Source: Candidatus Omnitrophota bacterium (lineage in GTDB: Bacteria > Omnitrophota > Gorgyraeia > Gygaellales > Profunditerraquicolaceae). Taken from it: a stretch of 64,000 bases of DNA. Made by a program: the position numbers and the translations under genes. Positions 48,214 to 58,405 of this stretch are shown piece after piece (the stretch's first letter is position 1; each line of letters opens with the position of its first letter). The notes beneath the pieces were generated by a model that searched no databases, was not told the DNA's origin, and worked only from the letters and a program-made list of their open reading frames with translations. The stretch spans positions 64,962 to 128,961 of the forward strand of contig JACQXK010000065.1 in assembly GCA_016208765.1 (NCBI GenBank), read 5' to 3'.

Positions 48214-48972
48214 ATGAATTTGAAAGAAAAGCTAAAGAATGGGCAAGTAAGTATTGGTTCTTGGTTAACTATTGGAGATGCTTCAGTAGCAGAAATAATG
48301 TCAAAATCTGGTTTTGACTGGTTGGCAGTGGATATGGAGCATTCAGCGATTACGCTTAAAGAGGCGCAAGATTTAATACGGATAATTGAATTGTGTGGAG
48401 TGGTTCCATTAGTGCGAGTTGGAGAAAATAACCCTAATTTGATAAAAAGAGTTATGGATGCCGGTGCGCATGGCGTAATTGTCCCAATGGTGAATAGCAA
48501 AGATGATGCTATCAAGGCGTTCAATTCTACAAAATACCCGCCTTTAGGAAAAAGGGGTGTAGGTCTGGCAAGAGCACAAAATTACGGTTTGGGTTTTGAG
48601 CGTTATAAGAAATGGGTAAATAAAGGCAGTATTGTAATTGTTCAAATTGAGCATATAGAAGCAGTAGAAAATCTGGAAGAGATATTTTCCGTTGATGGAC
48701 TTGATGGTTTTATAATCGGGCCATATGATCTTTCAGCTTCTTTGGGCACTCCGGGAGATTTTAAGAACAGTAAATTTGTCAGGGCAATTAATAGAATAAA
48801 AGAAGTTGCTAAAAAATATGAAATACCTGCTGGCTTGCACGTAATTGATCCAAGCGCTGTAAAATTAAATCATTCCATAAAGGAAGGTTATAAATTCATT
48901 GGGTTTAGTTTGGATGCGTTATTGTTAGGAACAAAATGTAAGCAGGAAATGGAAGCAATTAATTATAAATGA
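48214..48972 (+). CDS. HpcH/HpaI family class II (pyruvate) aldolase
   Basis: Strong family pattern GSWLTIG...GFDWLAVDMEHS...VRV...GVIVPMV...YPPLGKRGVG...VQIEH...DGFIIGPYDLSAS. Confidence 0.85.
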   Translation: MNLKEKLKNGQVSIGSWLTIGDASVAEIMSKSGFDWLAVDMEHSAITLKEAQDLIRIIELCGVVPLVRVGENNPNLIKRVMDAGAHGVIVPMVNSKDDAIKAFNSTKYPPLGKRGVGLARAQNYGLGFERYKKWVNKGSIVIVQIEHIEAVENLEEIFSVDGLDGFIIGPYDLSASLGTPGDFKNSKFVRAINRIKEVAKKYEIPAGLHVIDPSAVKLNHSIKEGYKFIGFSLDALLLGTKCKQEMEAINYK

Positions 48973-49460
48973 AATTATTAAAAGCAGTAACAAAATCATT
49001 TCTTAATTCACTAAGGCCGCTTGTTGAGCAAGCAGCAAGATTTTATGGGATTGAGGTTAGGAGGAGTTTTGTTGTGTATGGGCAAAATAATCTAGTTTTC
49101 GAAGAGGAGCAATCTTGTCTGGAAAGATTTGTACCGAAATCAACGTATTTCAACGTCAGGTCAGGAAATATTCATGTAGGCAAGAATACCATGTTTGGGG
49201 AGAATGTTATGGTTATTACTGGAAAACACATGGATGTTGCCGAGTCAGGAGAGAAAGGGTTGCCTCTTTACAGTGTTCCTACAGAAGGAAGGGACATTTC
49301 TATTGGAGAGAGTTGCTTTATAGGTAGTGGAGCAATTATTTTAGGTAAGGTTAATATTGGAGATTTTTCTGTTATTGGCGCAGGGGCAGTTGTTACAAAA
49401 GATGTGCCTGAACGCGTTTTTGTTGCCGGTACTCCGGCTAAGATCATAAAAAAATTATAG
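48969..49460 (+). CDS. hexapeptide-repeat (LbH) acetyltransferase
   Basis: C-terminal left-handed beta-helix repeats (IGESCFIGSGAIILGKVNIGDFSVIGAGAVV). Confidence 0.75.
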   Translation: MKLLKAVTKSFLNSLRPLVEQAARFYGIEVRRSFVVYGQNNLVFEEEQSCLERFVPKSTYFNVRSGNIHVGKNTMFGENVMVITGKHMDVAESGEKGLPLYSVPTEGRDISIGESCFIGSGAIILGKVNIGDFSVIGAGAVVTKDVPERVFVAGTPAKIIKKL

Positions 49461-49465
49461 AAAAT

Positions 49466-50986
49466 ATGGAAAACAAAGAATTTAAGGTTTTGTTGATTTA
49501 TCCTGCGCTTTTTATGCAAACTGGGTTGCCTTTAGGGGTATCCTCTTTGGTGGCGACGTTAAAGAAGAGGGGTATTGACTGTAAAGTATTTGATACAGTC
49601 TTCTATCAGGATTCCGGAGAGGTTGATGAAAACATTGAAAGGGCGGTAACATTGCATTCGGTAAAAGCGGTAGATTATAATTCAGTAGGAATGCTGCCCA
49701 ATAGCAGTTCTATGGAGGAAGATCTATCCCGAATTATGGCTGAATATAAACCGGATTTAGTCGGTTTAAGCGCCATAGAATGTATTTTTGAACGAGGGAT
49801 CAAATTAACTCGTTTGGCAAAGAAAATTAGCAACGTTCCAGTGATTGCCGGAGGAGTTTTTGCGACGCTTGCTCCAGATATTGTTATCCAGGAAAATTCA
49901 ATTGATTTTGTTTGCGTTGGAGAGGGGGAAGAGGTATTGGCGGACCTGTGCGAGCGTATAAAAAATAAGGAGAGTTATTTAGATGTAAGGGGTTTGTGGA
50001 TTAAAGATAGCGGGAAGATTCTTAAGAATAAGGCAATGCCATTGCAAACGCTTGATTCGGTTATTGAACCGGATTTCTTTGAATTTAACCCCAAGCTTTT
50101 TTACCGGCCTATGCAGGGGAATCTTTTTAAGACAATCCCAGTAGAATTTGCCCGTGGTTGCCCTTATCAGTGCACATATTGCGCAGAACCATCTTTGAGC
50201 AGGTTCTACAAAGCTTCTGGAGAGACGGGTTATTTTAGGACCAAGTCAATGAAAAGAGTTATTTCTGAAATTAAGAAAGGAATGGAGCTATATAAGCCAG
50301 AATTTTTCTATTTTGCTACCGAGACTTTTCTAGCGATGAGCGATGAAGCATTTGACGAATTTTATAATGGATATAAAAAAATTAAGCTTCCATTCTGGAT
50401 TCAAACCCGCATAGAGACTATTACTGATGAGCGGATTCAAAAGCTTAAAGAAGTGGGGCTCTTTTGGTTGACCATAGGAATAGAGCACGGTAATGAGGAT
50501 TTCCGGAAAAAATACCTGAAGCGGAATATGAAGAATGAAAGGATCTTTGAAGTAATGAAGATTCTTGATAGATGTGGCCAAGGAGTATCGTTAAATAGCA
50601 TTATTGGGTTTCCTTTTGAGACACGCGAGCTTATATTTGATACAATAATGCTTAATCGTAAACTATCCCAGATTAATAATCGTGTCAGATGTAATATTTC
50701 AATATTTACTCCTTTTAGAGGGTGTGAATTATATGATCTCTGTGTGTCTAACGGTCTTTTTGAGCCTGTCAAATACACGAACCATACAAATGTGAGTAAA
50801 GGAAGCCTGCTTAAATCAAAATTGCTCACGAATCAAGAGCTTAATGGGCTATTCAGGACATTTAATCTTTATGTGTATTTACCGGAAGAATATTTTGAGA
50901 GAATTAGATTAGCTCAGCAACCAACCGATGAAGGCAATAAAGAGTTTTTGTTTTTAAGTAGCAAGCTTAAAGAGTATATGTATTAA
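49466..50986 (+). CDS. B12-binding domain radical SAM enzyme
   Basis: B12-binding N-domain (KVLLIYPALF...) and CPYQCTYC (CxxxCxxC). Confidence 0.85.
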   Translation: MENKEFKVLLIYPALFMQTGLPLGVSSLVATLKKRGIDCKVFDTVFYQDSGEVDENIERAVTLHSVKAVDYNSVGMLPNSSSMEEDLSRIMAEYKPDLVGLSAIECIFERGIKLTRLAKKISNVPVIAGGVFATLAPDIVIQENSIDFVCVGEGEEVLADLCERIKNKESYLDVRGLWIKDSGKILKNKAMPLQTLDSVIEPDFFEFNPKLFYRPMQGNLFKTIPVEFARGCPYQCTYCAEPSLSRFYKASGETGYFRTKSMKRVISEIKKGMELYKPEFFYFATETFLAMSDEAFDEFYNGYKKIKLPFWIQTRIETITDERIQKLKEVGLFWLTIGIEHGNEDFRKKYLKRNMKNERIFEVMKILDRCGQGVSLNSIIGFPFETRELIFDTIMLNRKLSQINNRVRCNISIFTPFRGCELYDLCVSNGLFEPVKYTNHTNVSKGSLLKSKLLTNQELNGLFRTFNLYVYLPEEYFERIRLAQQPTDEGNKEFLFLSSKLKEYMY

Positions 50987-50998
50987 AGGATTCTGCAA

Positions 50999-52648
50999 AT
51001 GAAAATAAAACAAAAAAATGAGCTTAGAATTTTAATGGTTTATCCTAATTTAGCTATGATGTTAGTTCCCTCAATAGCTATCGGATTATTCACAAAAATT
51101 CTAAAAAGAGAAGGATATGCGTTGGATTTATTTGACACCACGCATTATGTTTCTGATGAGAATTCAAGCCCGCAAAATCGCGTCAAATATCTTCAGGCGC
51201 GCAATTTTAAGGAGAAAGAAGACTTAGGAGTAAAAATTAAGACCGATTTACTCGGTGACTTTAGAAAAAAAGTTTTAGAATTTCAGCCGGACTTACTGCT
51301 TATGTCTGTTGTAGAAGATGCTTTTTTGCAAGCAGTTAAAATGTTGGAGGTTATTCAAGATTTACAGATACCACATTTAATGGGTGGCGTATTTCCTACG
51401 GCTTCAGCCCAGCGTTGCATGGATTTCTCTGTTATAAGAGCAGTTGGCTTAGGAGAAGGGGAAAATACGGTTGTGGAATTTGCAGAGGCAATCCGGCTTA
51501 ACAAAAGCCTTGAGGATGTTTCTGGAATATGGTTTAAGGATAGCCAGGGCAATATTCACAAAAATCATCAAGCGCCACTTGTGAATTTAGATATGTGTCG
51601 TCCTGATTTTAGCCTTTTTGAAGAGGCCAGATTTTTCCGTCCGATGGGAGGAAGAATATTTAAAACTATCCCTGTTGAAACATATAGAGGTTGTCCTTAC
51701 GCATGTTCTTATTGTAATTCTCCTATGCAGAAGAATTTCGCTTCAAAATACGGATTGGGAAATTTTTTGCGGCGTAAAAGTATGCAAGCGCTTCATTCAG
51801 AAATTTCCGAGCTTAAAGAAATATTTAGCCCGGAATTTTTCTATTTTATTGATGATAGTTTTCTTGCGCGCCCCCAGGAAGAGATAAACGAATTCTGTGA
51901 AATGTACAGTAAATTTAAATTGCCGTTTTGGTTTAATACACGTCCGGAGAATTGTACTCTTGAAAACATGCAGCAAGTTAAGGATGCTGGGTGCTATAGG
52001 ATTTCATTCGGGATAGAGTGTGGAAATGAAGAATTTCGTAAGAAGATTCTAAACCGTAATGTCAGTAATGCCTACCTGATTGATAAATTCAAACTTATTG
52101 CTGAAAGCGGTATTTCTTTTAGCATTAATCTTATTATCGGTTTTCCTGGGGAGACCCGCGCTTTAGTTATGGACACAGTTGAATTTGTTCGTTCTATTTA
52201 TGGATATGACACATTGACTGTTAGCATGTTTACTCCTTATCATGGTACTGTGTTAAGGGATGTAGCTATAAAAAATGGTTGGCTTGATAATGGTTCTATT
52301 ACTAAACACACAACAGCGCAATCTATGCTTAATATGTCTGCGCCATATTTAAGTGTTGATGAATTAGACGGTTTAATGCGCGTGCTTCCTTTATACTGTT
52401 ATTTTCCAAAAGATGAGTGGAAAAATATCTTTCCTGCTGAAAAAAATGATGAAGAGGGTAACAGAGTTCTTGGATATTATGGAGACATTTATAAAGAAAA
52501 ATTCTTAAAGTTTACCCAAGAAGAAATGAAAGATTTCGTTGTGGATGGTGCAGCTGGATGCAGGGTTAACCCAAAGGATGCTTTTCGGATTAGTCCTTCT
52601 AGGCTGAGTTTAAATGAAATAGAGATGCTAACTTTGAAAGGAATATAA
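50999..52648 (+). CDS. B12-binding domain radical SAM enzyme (paralog of the preceding gene)
   Basis: Same architecture, CPYACSYC. Clear paralogy to 49466-50986. Confidence 0.85.
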   Translation: MKIKQKNELRILMVYPNLAMMLVPSIAIGLFTKILKREGYALDLFDTTHYVSDENSSPQNRVKYLQARNFKEKEDLGVKIKTDLLGDFRKKVLEFQPDLLLMSVVEDAFLQAVKMLEVIQDLQIPHLMGGVFPTASAQRCMDFSVIRAVGLGEGENTVVEFAEAIRLNKSLEDVSGIWFKDSQGNIHKNHQAPLVNLDMCRPDFSLFEEARFFRPMGGRIFKTIPVETYRGCPYACSYCNSPMQKNFASKYGLGNFLRRKSMQALHSEISELKEIFSPEFFYFIDDSFLARPQEEINEFCEMYSKFKLPFWFNTRPENCTLENMQQVKDAGCYRISFGIECGNEEFRKKILNRNVSNAYLIDKFKLIAESGISFSINLIIGFPGETRALVMDTVEFVRSIYGYDTLTVSMFTPYHGTVLRDVAIKNGWLDNGSITKHTTAQSMLNMSAPYLSVDELDGLMRVLPLYCYFPKDEWKNIFPAEKNDEEGNRVLGYYGDIYKEKFLKFTQEEMKDFVVDGAAGCRVNPKDAFRISPSRLSLNEIEMLTLKGI

Positions 52649-52649
52649 A

Positions 52650-53423
52650 ATGATTATTGGGATTATACCTGCGCGTATGTCCTCCAGCCGCTTCCCTGGA
52701 AAACCTTTGGCAAAAATACTCGGGATTCCCATGGTAGGACATGTGTATTTTAGAAGTAAAATGTGTAAAGCTCTTGACGAAGTTTATGTGGCTACTTGTG
52801 ATAAAGAAATATACGATTATATTTCTTCGGTAGGAGGCAAGGCAGTTATGACCTCGGATAAGCATCAAAGAGCTTCAGATAGAGCCGCTGAAGCAATGTT
52901 AAAAATTGAATTAGATACAGGAAAAAAGACTCAAATTGCAGTAATGATCCAGGGAGATGAGCCAATGCTTGTTCCTGAAATGATAACGAACGCGCTTAAG
53001 CCATTTTCAGAAAATAGCACGATTCAGGTTGTTAATCTCATGGCCGCCCTTTCTTCAAAAGAAGAGTGGAATGATCCTCACGAAATAAAAGTTGTTTGTG
53101 ATTTATCCGGTTTTGCTCTTTATTTTTCAAGAGAGCCGATACCGTCTTGTAAAAAGGACGGAATTAAAATAACGGCGTATAAACAGGTATGCATCATACC
53201 TTTTAAAAGAGATTTCTTGATTAAATTTAATGAACTCAAATCTACTCCTCTTGAACAGGTTGAGTCAGTTGATATGCTTAGGTTGCTGGAACATGGATAT
53301 AAAGTTAAGATGGTTTTCTCCGGGTTAAATACTTATAGTGTTGATACCTCTGATGATTTGAAGAAAGTAGAAAAACTAATTGAAAATGACGAGTTACTCA
53401 AGGCATATTTAAAATACAGATAA
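52650..53423 (+). CDS. CMP-ulosonic acid synthetase, KdsB-like cytidylyltransferase
   Basis: IIGIIPARMSSSRFPGKPL...GIPMVGHV is the KdsB/CMP-Kdo-synthetase N-terminal signature. 257 aa. Confidence 0.75.
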   Translation: MIIGIIPARMSSSRFPGKPLAKILGIPMVGHVYFRSKMCKALDEVYVATCDKEIYDYISSVGGKAVMTSDKHQRASDRAAEAMLKIELDTGKKTQIAVMIQGDEPMLVPEMITNALKPFSENSTIQVVNLMAALSSKEEWNDPHEIKVVCDLSGFALYFSREPIPSCKKDGIKITAYKQVCIIPFKRDFLIKFNELKSTPLEQVESVDMLRLLEHGYKVKMVFSGLNTYSVDTSDDLKKVEKLIENDELLKAYLKYR

Positions 53424-53436
53424 AGAGATAAAATTT

Positions 53437-54441
53437 ATGAAAGAAGAAGATATCAGAAAAAGGAAAGTTTTTAACAAGTATTTAAGTTTAGTGGCCGAGG
53501 ATGTAAAAAGCTATTTTATTCCTCAGGATTTTGCCAGGATTAATTGTCCGGCCTGCGGTAGTAGAAAATATGATTTTGAATTTAAGAAAATAGAGTTTGC
53601 GTATACATCTTGCAGGAATTGCGCTACGCTTTTTCTTAACCCGCGCCCGCCATTTGATATTTTGAAGAAGTTTTATTCACTTTCTCCGTCCACAAGTTTT
53701 TGGGTAAAAAAGTTTTTTGAGCCTGTTGCCCAGATAAGAAGAGAAAAGATCTTTAGGCCTCGAGCTGTGGCTATAAGCAAATTAATCAAAAAGAAGAAAT
53801 TATTAATTGCGGACATAGGAGCTGGTTTTGGTTTGTTTCTTGATGAACTTAAGAAAATAATGCCAGAAAATGAATATATTGCTATTGAGCCATCAACGGA
53901 AATGGCAGGCATTTGCGCCAGTAAAGGATTGGGGACAGAATGCTGTTGTCTTGAAGAGATGCAGGGCAGGGATGGTAGTTTTGATTTGTTGACTTCTTTT
54001 GAATTAGCGGAGCATTTATATGACCCGCAAGTATTCTTTGAGAAAGTTTATAGTTTGCTTAAGCCCGGAGGAATATTTTTGCTGACAACCTTGAATGGCA
54101 AAGGGTTTGATATACAATTGCTTTGGGAATCTTCAAAAAGTATTTCGCCTCCGCATCACTTAAACTTTTTTAACTTAGTTTCTATCCAGCTTTTGTTGCG
54201 TAAATTAGGATTTGAAATTATCAATATCTCTACTCCTGGAAAGTTAGATTGGGATATTGTAGAAGGAATGATTAAAAATGAAGGTGCTGAGGTTGGTAGG
54301 TTTTGGCATGATTTGGCCTATAATTCTAATGAGAAGATGAAACAGGAGTTTCAGGCATGGATTTCAGGGAATCAACTTAGTTCCCATATGCAAATAATTG
54401 TAAGAAGGCCTTTAATTAAAACCCGGAGACATAAGATATGA
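53437..54441 (+). CDS. class I SAM-dependent methyltransferase with N-terminal Cys4 zinc ribbon
   Basis: CPACGS...CRNCAT zinc ribbon, then DIGAGFGLFL (motif I) and LKPGGIFLLTT. Confidence 0.7.
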   Translation: MKEEDIRKRKVFNKYLSLVAEDVKSYFIPQDFARINCPACGSRKYDFEFKKIEFAYTSCRNCATLFLNPRPPFDILKKFYSLSPSTSFWVKKFFEPVAQIRREKIFRPRAVAISKLIKKKKLLIADIGAGFGLFLDELKKIMPENEYIAIEPSTEMAGICASKGLGTECCCLEEMQGRDGSFDLLTSFELAEHLYDPQVFFEKVYSLLKPGGIFLLTTLNGKGFDIQLLWESSKSISPPHHLNFFNLVSIQLLLRKLGFEIINISTPGKLDWDIVEGMIKNEGAEVGRFWHDLAYNSNEKMKQEFQAWISGNQLSSHMQIIVRRPLIKTRRHKI

Positions 54442-55367
54442 AAGTATTGATTACCACAGGCTCGTTCGCAGGATTTGATAAAAGACCCTTGGATATGTTA
54501 ACTGATAATGGGTATGAGGTGATAATGAATCCTTTTAAGCGCAAAATTACTAAAGACGAAGCATTGAAATTATATCAAGGTATTGATGGAGTTATAGCCG
54601 GTACAGAATTTATTGATAGCAAGGTTATGGGTTCTGCAGTAAATCTTAAGGTAATTTCCCGTTGTGGCGCAGGGTTAGATAATGTAGATTTAAGTTACGC
54701 AAAAGATAAAGGGATTAAGGTATTTAATACTCCGGATGCTGCAACTGATCCTGTAGCTGAATTAACACTTGGTTTAATTTTGTCTCTTTTGCGGCAGATA
54801 CCTTTTTCTGATCGCAGCCTACGTTTAGGGGTATGGGAAAAACAAATGGGCCGTTTGCTTGCTAAAAAGATAGTCGGTATTATTGGTTTTGGGCGCATTG
54901 GAAGAAGATTAGCAGAATTACTTAAGGGTTTTGGAGTAAAAATTGTTTATAACGACCCTTTTATGCAAAGTTTAGATAAAGAATATGCTACTTTTGAAGC
55001 CTTAAGCCTGACTGAGCTTTTAAAAAACTCTGACATTGTAACTTTACATTTGTCTTATTCAAAGGCTAATTCAAGTTTAATCGGTGAAAAAGAACTCGCG
55101 TTAATGAAAGAGACAGCTTTTTTGCTAAACATTTCTCGCGGAGGAATAATTGACGAAGAAGCTCTTTATGCTGCTTTGAAAACTAAGAAAATTTCTGGCG
55201 CTGCTTTGGATGTTTTTGAAAATGAACCTTATAACGGAAAGCTCAAAGAATTGGACAATGTTATTTTAACTCCACATGTCGGTTCATATGCTTTAGAGGC
55301 ACGTATTGAAATGGAGATAGCAGCAGCAAAGAATCTTATCTTAGGTTTAGAGGGAAAAGCGCTTTAA
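54438..55367 (+). CDS. D-isomer-specific 2-hydroxyacid dehydrogenase (phosphoglycerate dehydrogenase-like)
   Basis: GIIGFGRIGRRLAELL NAD-binding motif and catalytic-domain layout. Confidence 0.85.
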   Translation: MKVLITTGSFAGFDKRPLDMLTDNGYEVIMNPFKRKITKDEALKLYQGIDGVIAGTEFIDSKVMGSAVNLKVISRCGAGLDNVDLSYAKDKGIKVFNTPDAATDPVAELTLGLILSLLRQIPFSDRSLRLGVWEKQMGRLLAKKIVGIIGFGRIGRRLAELLKGFGVKIVYNDPFMQSLDKEYATFEALSLTELLKNSDIVTLHLSYSKANSSLIGEKELALMKETAFLLNISRGGIIDEEALYAALKTKKISGAALDVFENEPYNGKLKELDNVILTPHVGSYALEARIEMEIAAAKNLILGLEGKAL

Positions 55368-55368
55368 T

Positions 55369-56037
55369 ATGAAAGTAAAATATTTGTCTTATATCTTTGA
55401 TAAAAGTAACCCAATTTATAGAAATACTTGCGCTAGCCTTTTGATTAGGGCAAAAAAGTCAATTTCAAAAGGAGATTCTTGCAACGTGTTTAGATTCTCA
55501 ATGGAGAGCCATTGGGGCACTCACGTTGATGCTCCGGCGCATTTCTTTAATAAAGCAAAGAAAATTGCTGATTATAAGCCTGATTTTTGGTTATTTAAAA
55601 AACCTTGTGTGATTAATTTGCCGGTTTCAAGTGAAGAAGTGATAGAATTAAAGGATATTAAATCAAAGGTGAATAATGAACATGATTTGGTATTAATTCA
55701 GACTGGTTTTAGTAAATTTAGAGGCAGTAGAACTTATAGTTTTAATAACCCGGTAGTTGATCCTGAGGTTGGGCTTTGGCTGAGAACAAATAGGCCAAAG
55801 GTAAGGGCGGTTGGTTTTGATTTTATCTCAATTGGTTCTCGGCAAAAAAAAGAGATGGCCAAAATTGCCCACCGCGCGTTTTTAAATCCTAAGTCAAAAG
55901 GCAAGCCAATTTTAATAATAGAGGATATGGATCTTAGAGGAAACCTTTTGGGTTTAAAAGAAGTTTGGTTGGCGCCATTATTAGTTAAGGGAATTGATAG
56001 CGCCCCTTGTGTGGCGCTTGGAATATTAAGAGGATAA
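55369..56037 (+). CDS. cyclase-family (kynurenine formamidase-like) metal hydrolase
   Basis: HWGTHVDAPAHFF, the HxGTHxDxPxH motif of the putative cyclase family. Confidence 0.6.
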   Translation: MKVKYLSYIFDKSNPIYRNTCASLLIRAKKSISKGDSCNVFRFSMESHWGTHVDAPAHFFNKAKKIADYKPDFWLFKKPCVINLPVSSEEVIELKDIKSKVNNEHDLVLIQTGFSKFRGSRTYSFNNPVVDPEVGLWLRTNRPKVRAVGFDFISIGSRQKKEMAKIAHRAFLNPKSKGKPILIIEDMDLRGNLLGLKEVWLAPLLVKGIDSAPCVALGILRG

Positions 56038-56053
56038 TTACAAGGAGCTGGAA

Positions 56054-56962
56054 ATGGAAAAAGCTGTAGTTTTTGGAGGTTCAGGTTTTATCGGTAGTCA
56101 CGTTGCTGATAATCTTGCTGATAGGGGCTATAAGGTTAGTGTTTTTGATAAGCAAAAAAGCCCGTATTTATCCGGAGCTAAAGAGTTTGTTCAGGGGGAT
56201 ATTTTAAATAAGAAAGAAGTGGAGAAAACAGTAAAGGGCAGTGACATAATATACAACTTTGCAGGTGAGGCAGATATTGATAATGCATTAGTCAGCCCGT
56301 TAGATACAATCACTACAAATATAATCGGTAATACAAATATATTGGAAGCTTGCCGTAAACACTCGGTTAAGCGATTTGTTTTTGCCAGCACAGTATACGT
56401 GTACAGCAATTCCGGGTCATTTTACCGTTCAAGTAAGCAAGCTTGTGAATTAATAATTGAGGATTATCATAAACATTATGGATTTGATTTTACAATTTTA
56501 AGATACGGCACGCTTTATGGGCCGCGTGCAGACAGGCGCAACTGGCTGTATTCTGCGTTAAAAGACGCGATAGAAAAGAAATGTATCACAAGAAAGGGTG
56601 ATGGCGAGGAGATCCGCGAGTATGTTCATGTATATGATGCCGCTAATCTTAGCGTAGAAATATTAAAAGAAAAATATAAGAATCAATATGTGATGATTAC
56701 AGGTAACCAGCAGATACGAATAAAAGATTTGATGAAGATGGTCCAGGAAATTTTAGGCAAATCAGTCAAATTAAAGTTTATGAAATCAGATCAAGAGCAG
56801 CATTATGAGATAACGCCTTATAATTTTAGCCCTAAACTGGCAAAGAAGATAGTCGGAGACCATTATATAGACTTGGGGCAGGGAGTCCTTGATCTGATTA
56901 ATTTATTGTATGTAAATTTAAATCATAAAGGAGAGCGTGATATTAAAAAAAGTAATCTATGA
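56054..56962 (+). CDS. NAD-dependent epimerase/dehydratase (extended SDR)
   Basis: FGGSGFIGSHV Rossmann motif and YRSSK (YxxxK). Confidence 0.75.
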   Translation: MEKAVVFGGSGFIGSHVADNLADRGYKVSVFDKQKSPYLSGAKEFVQGDILNKKEVEKTVKGSDIIYNFAGEADIDNALVSPLDTITTNIIGNTNILEACRKHSVKRFVFASTVYVYSNSGSFYRSSKQACELIIEDYHKHYGFDFTILRYGTLYGPRADRRNWLYSALKDAIEKKCITRKGDGEEIREYVHVYDAANLSVEILKEKYKNQYVMITGNQQIRIKDLMKMVQEILGKSVKLKFMKSDQEQHYEITPYNFSPKLAKKIVGDHYIDLGQGVLDLINLLYVNLNHKGERDIKKSNL

Positions 56963-57597
56963 GAGACCTAAGCTTTTTAAAAGTAATTATTTTTGATTTT
57001 GACGGAGTTATTGCCGAGTCTTTGGATGTAAAGACTAAAGCTTTCAGGCAGCTTTTTAAAGATTATCCGGAAAAAGTTGATGCTATCGCAGAATTTCATC
57101 TTGAAAATGGAGGAATGTCAAGATTTGACAAATTCAGGTATATCTATAAGATTATTTTAAAAGAGGAGTTAGATAACGAAACTTTTTTAAGGCTCTGCCA
57201 GGATTTTAAAATGCTGGTAGTTGATGAAGTGGTTAATTCTGTGCTGGTTAAGGGGGTAAAGGAGTTTTTGGAGTTCTATAAAAAAGAGCTACCTATGTTC
57301 GTTGTCTCTGCAACACCGCAAGATGAAATAATTGAAATAGTAAAAAGAAAGAATCTTTTGGATTATTTTCATGGCATATATGGTTCTCCGGAAAAAAAGG
57401 AAAATTTAATCAGGCGCATTCTTAGCAATGGGTATCTTGCAAAACAAACACTTTTTATAGGCGATTCCAAGAACGATTATCAAGCAGCAGAGGAAACCGG
57501 AGTTTTGTTTGCGGCAAGGATTAGTAACGATAAATCTGAATGGTTAAGAAACGCAAACGCTATTTTTACTTTTAAAGGATTTGATGAGCTTAGTTAA
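56959..57597 (+). CDS. HAD-superfamily phosphatase
   Basis: IIFDFDGVIAES (DxDG motif I) and GDSKNDYQAA (motif IV). Confidence 0.8.
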   Translation: MRDLSFLKVIIFDFDGVIAESLDVKTKAFRQLFKDYPEKVDAIAEFHLENGGMSRFDKFRYIYKIILKEELDNETFLRLCQDFKMLVVDEVVNSVLVKGVKEFLEFYKKELPMFVVSATPQDEIIEIVKRKNLLDYFHGIYGSPEKKENLIRRILSNGYLAKQTLFIGDSKNDYQAAEETGVLFAARISNDKSEWLRNANAIFTFKGFDELS

Positions 57598-58384
57598 GAA
57601 CGATTCTTTAGAAACTATCAACCAGACGACCAAAGAAGCTTGGGTTGAGAATTGGCGAAGCATAGAAATTGAAAAAATATTAGAGATTTTTAATTATCCC
57701 AGAGTTAAAAAGATTATGGATATCATTATGCCATATCTTTTTAAAGAGGGCATTTGCCTTGAGGCGGGATGCGGGCTTGGCCCGTATCTTATTAAAATAA
57801 GCTCTCTGGGCTACAATATGGTTGGAATAGATTACCAAGTAGAATGTTTAAGAAAAATTAAGGAATTCCAGGATAAGCAAAAGGTGTTAACTGCGGATGT
57901 CCGTAGGACTCCCTTTCAGGACAATATTTTTAATACTTATCTATCTTTTGGAGTAATTGAACATTTTCCAGAAGGCCCTGTCGAGGCGTTAAAAGAGGCT
58001 TATAGAGTACTTAGGCCTAATGGCAAATTGCTTGTTTTTGTACCGTATTATAATATCCTAAAGCGATTAAAAGCGCCTTGGGAATTTTTAAAGTCAAATA
58101 AACTCTTGCGGGGCTTATTTGGTAAAAAGGAGAAAATGATTTATTATCAGCGGTATTTTAAAGCCAAAGAACTTGAGGATGAAATGAAAAAGGCTAATTT
58201 TGTTATTGATAAAACTATTCCCGTTGATCACATTTTTAGTTTAGTGGAATTCAGCAGTATTTTCCGTGATAGACACACCTACGACGGAGAGAATAAACTG
58301 GCTGTTTATTTAGGAAACTTTCTGGAGAAATTTTTTCCTTGGATGAGTGCTGGTTCGCTTCTTTTTGTCTGTCATAAAAGTTAA
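57584..58384 (+). CDS. class I SAM-dependent methyltransferase
   Basis: LEAGCGLGPYL (motif I) and LRPNGKLLVFVP. The ATG at 57584 is preferred over the TTG at 57581. Confidence 0.7.
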   Translation: MSLVKNDSLETINQTTKEAWVENWRSIEIEKILEIFNYPRVKKIMDIIMPYLFKEGICLEAGCGLGPYLIKISSLGYNMVGIDYQVECLRKIKEFQDKQKVLTADVRRTPFQDNIFNTYLSFGVIEHFPEGPVEALKEAYRVLRPNGKLLVFVPYYNILKRLKAPWEFLKSNKLLRGLFGKKEKMIYYQRYFKAKELEDEMKKANFVIDKTIPVDHIFSLVEFSSIFRDRHTYDGENKLAVYLGNFLEKFFPWMSAGSLLFVCHKS

Positions 58385-58405
58385 CCCAAAAATGAAGGAG
58401 GGTTC

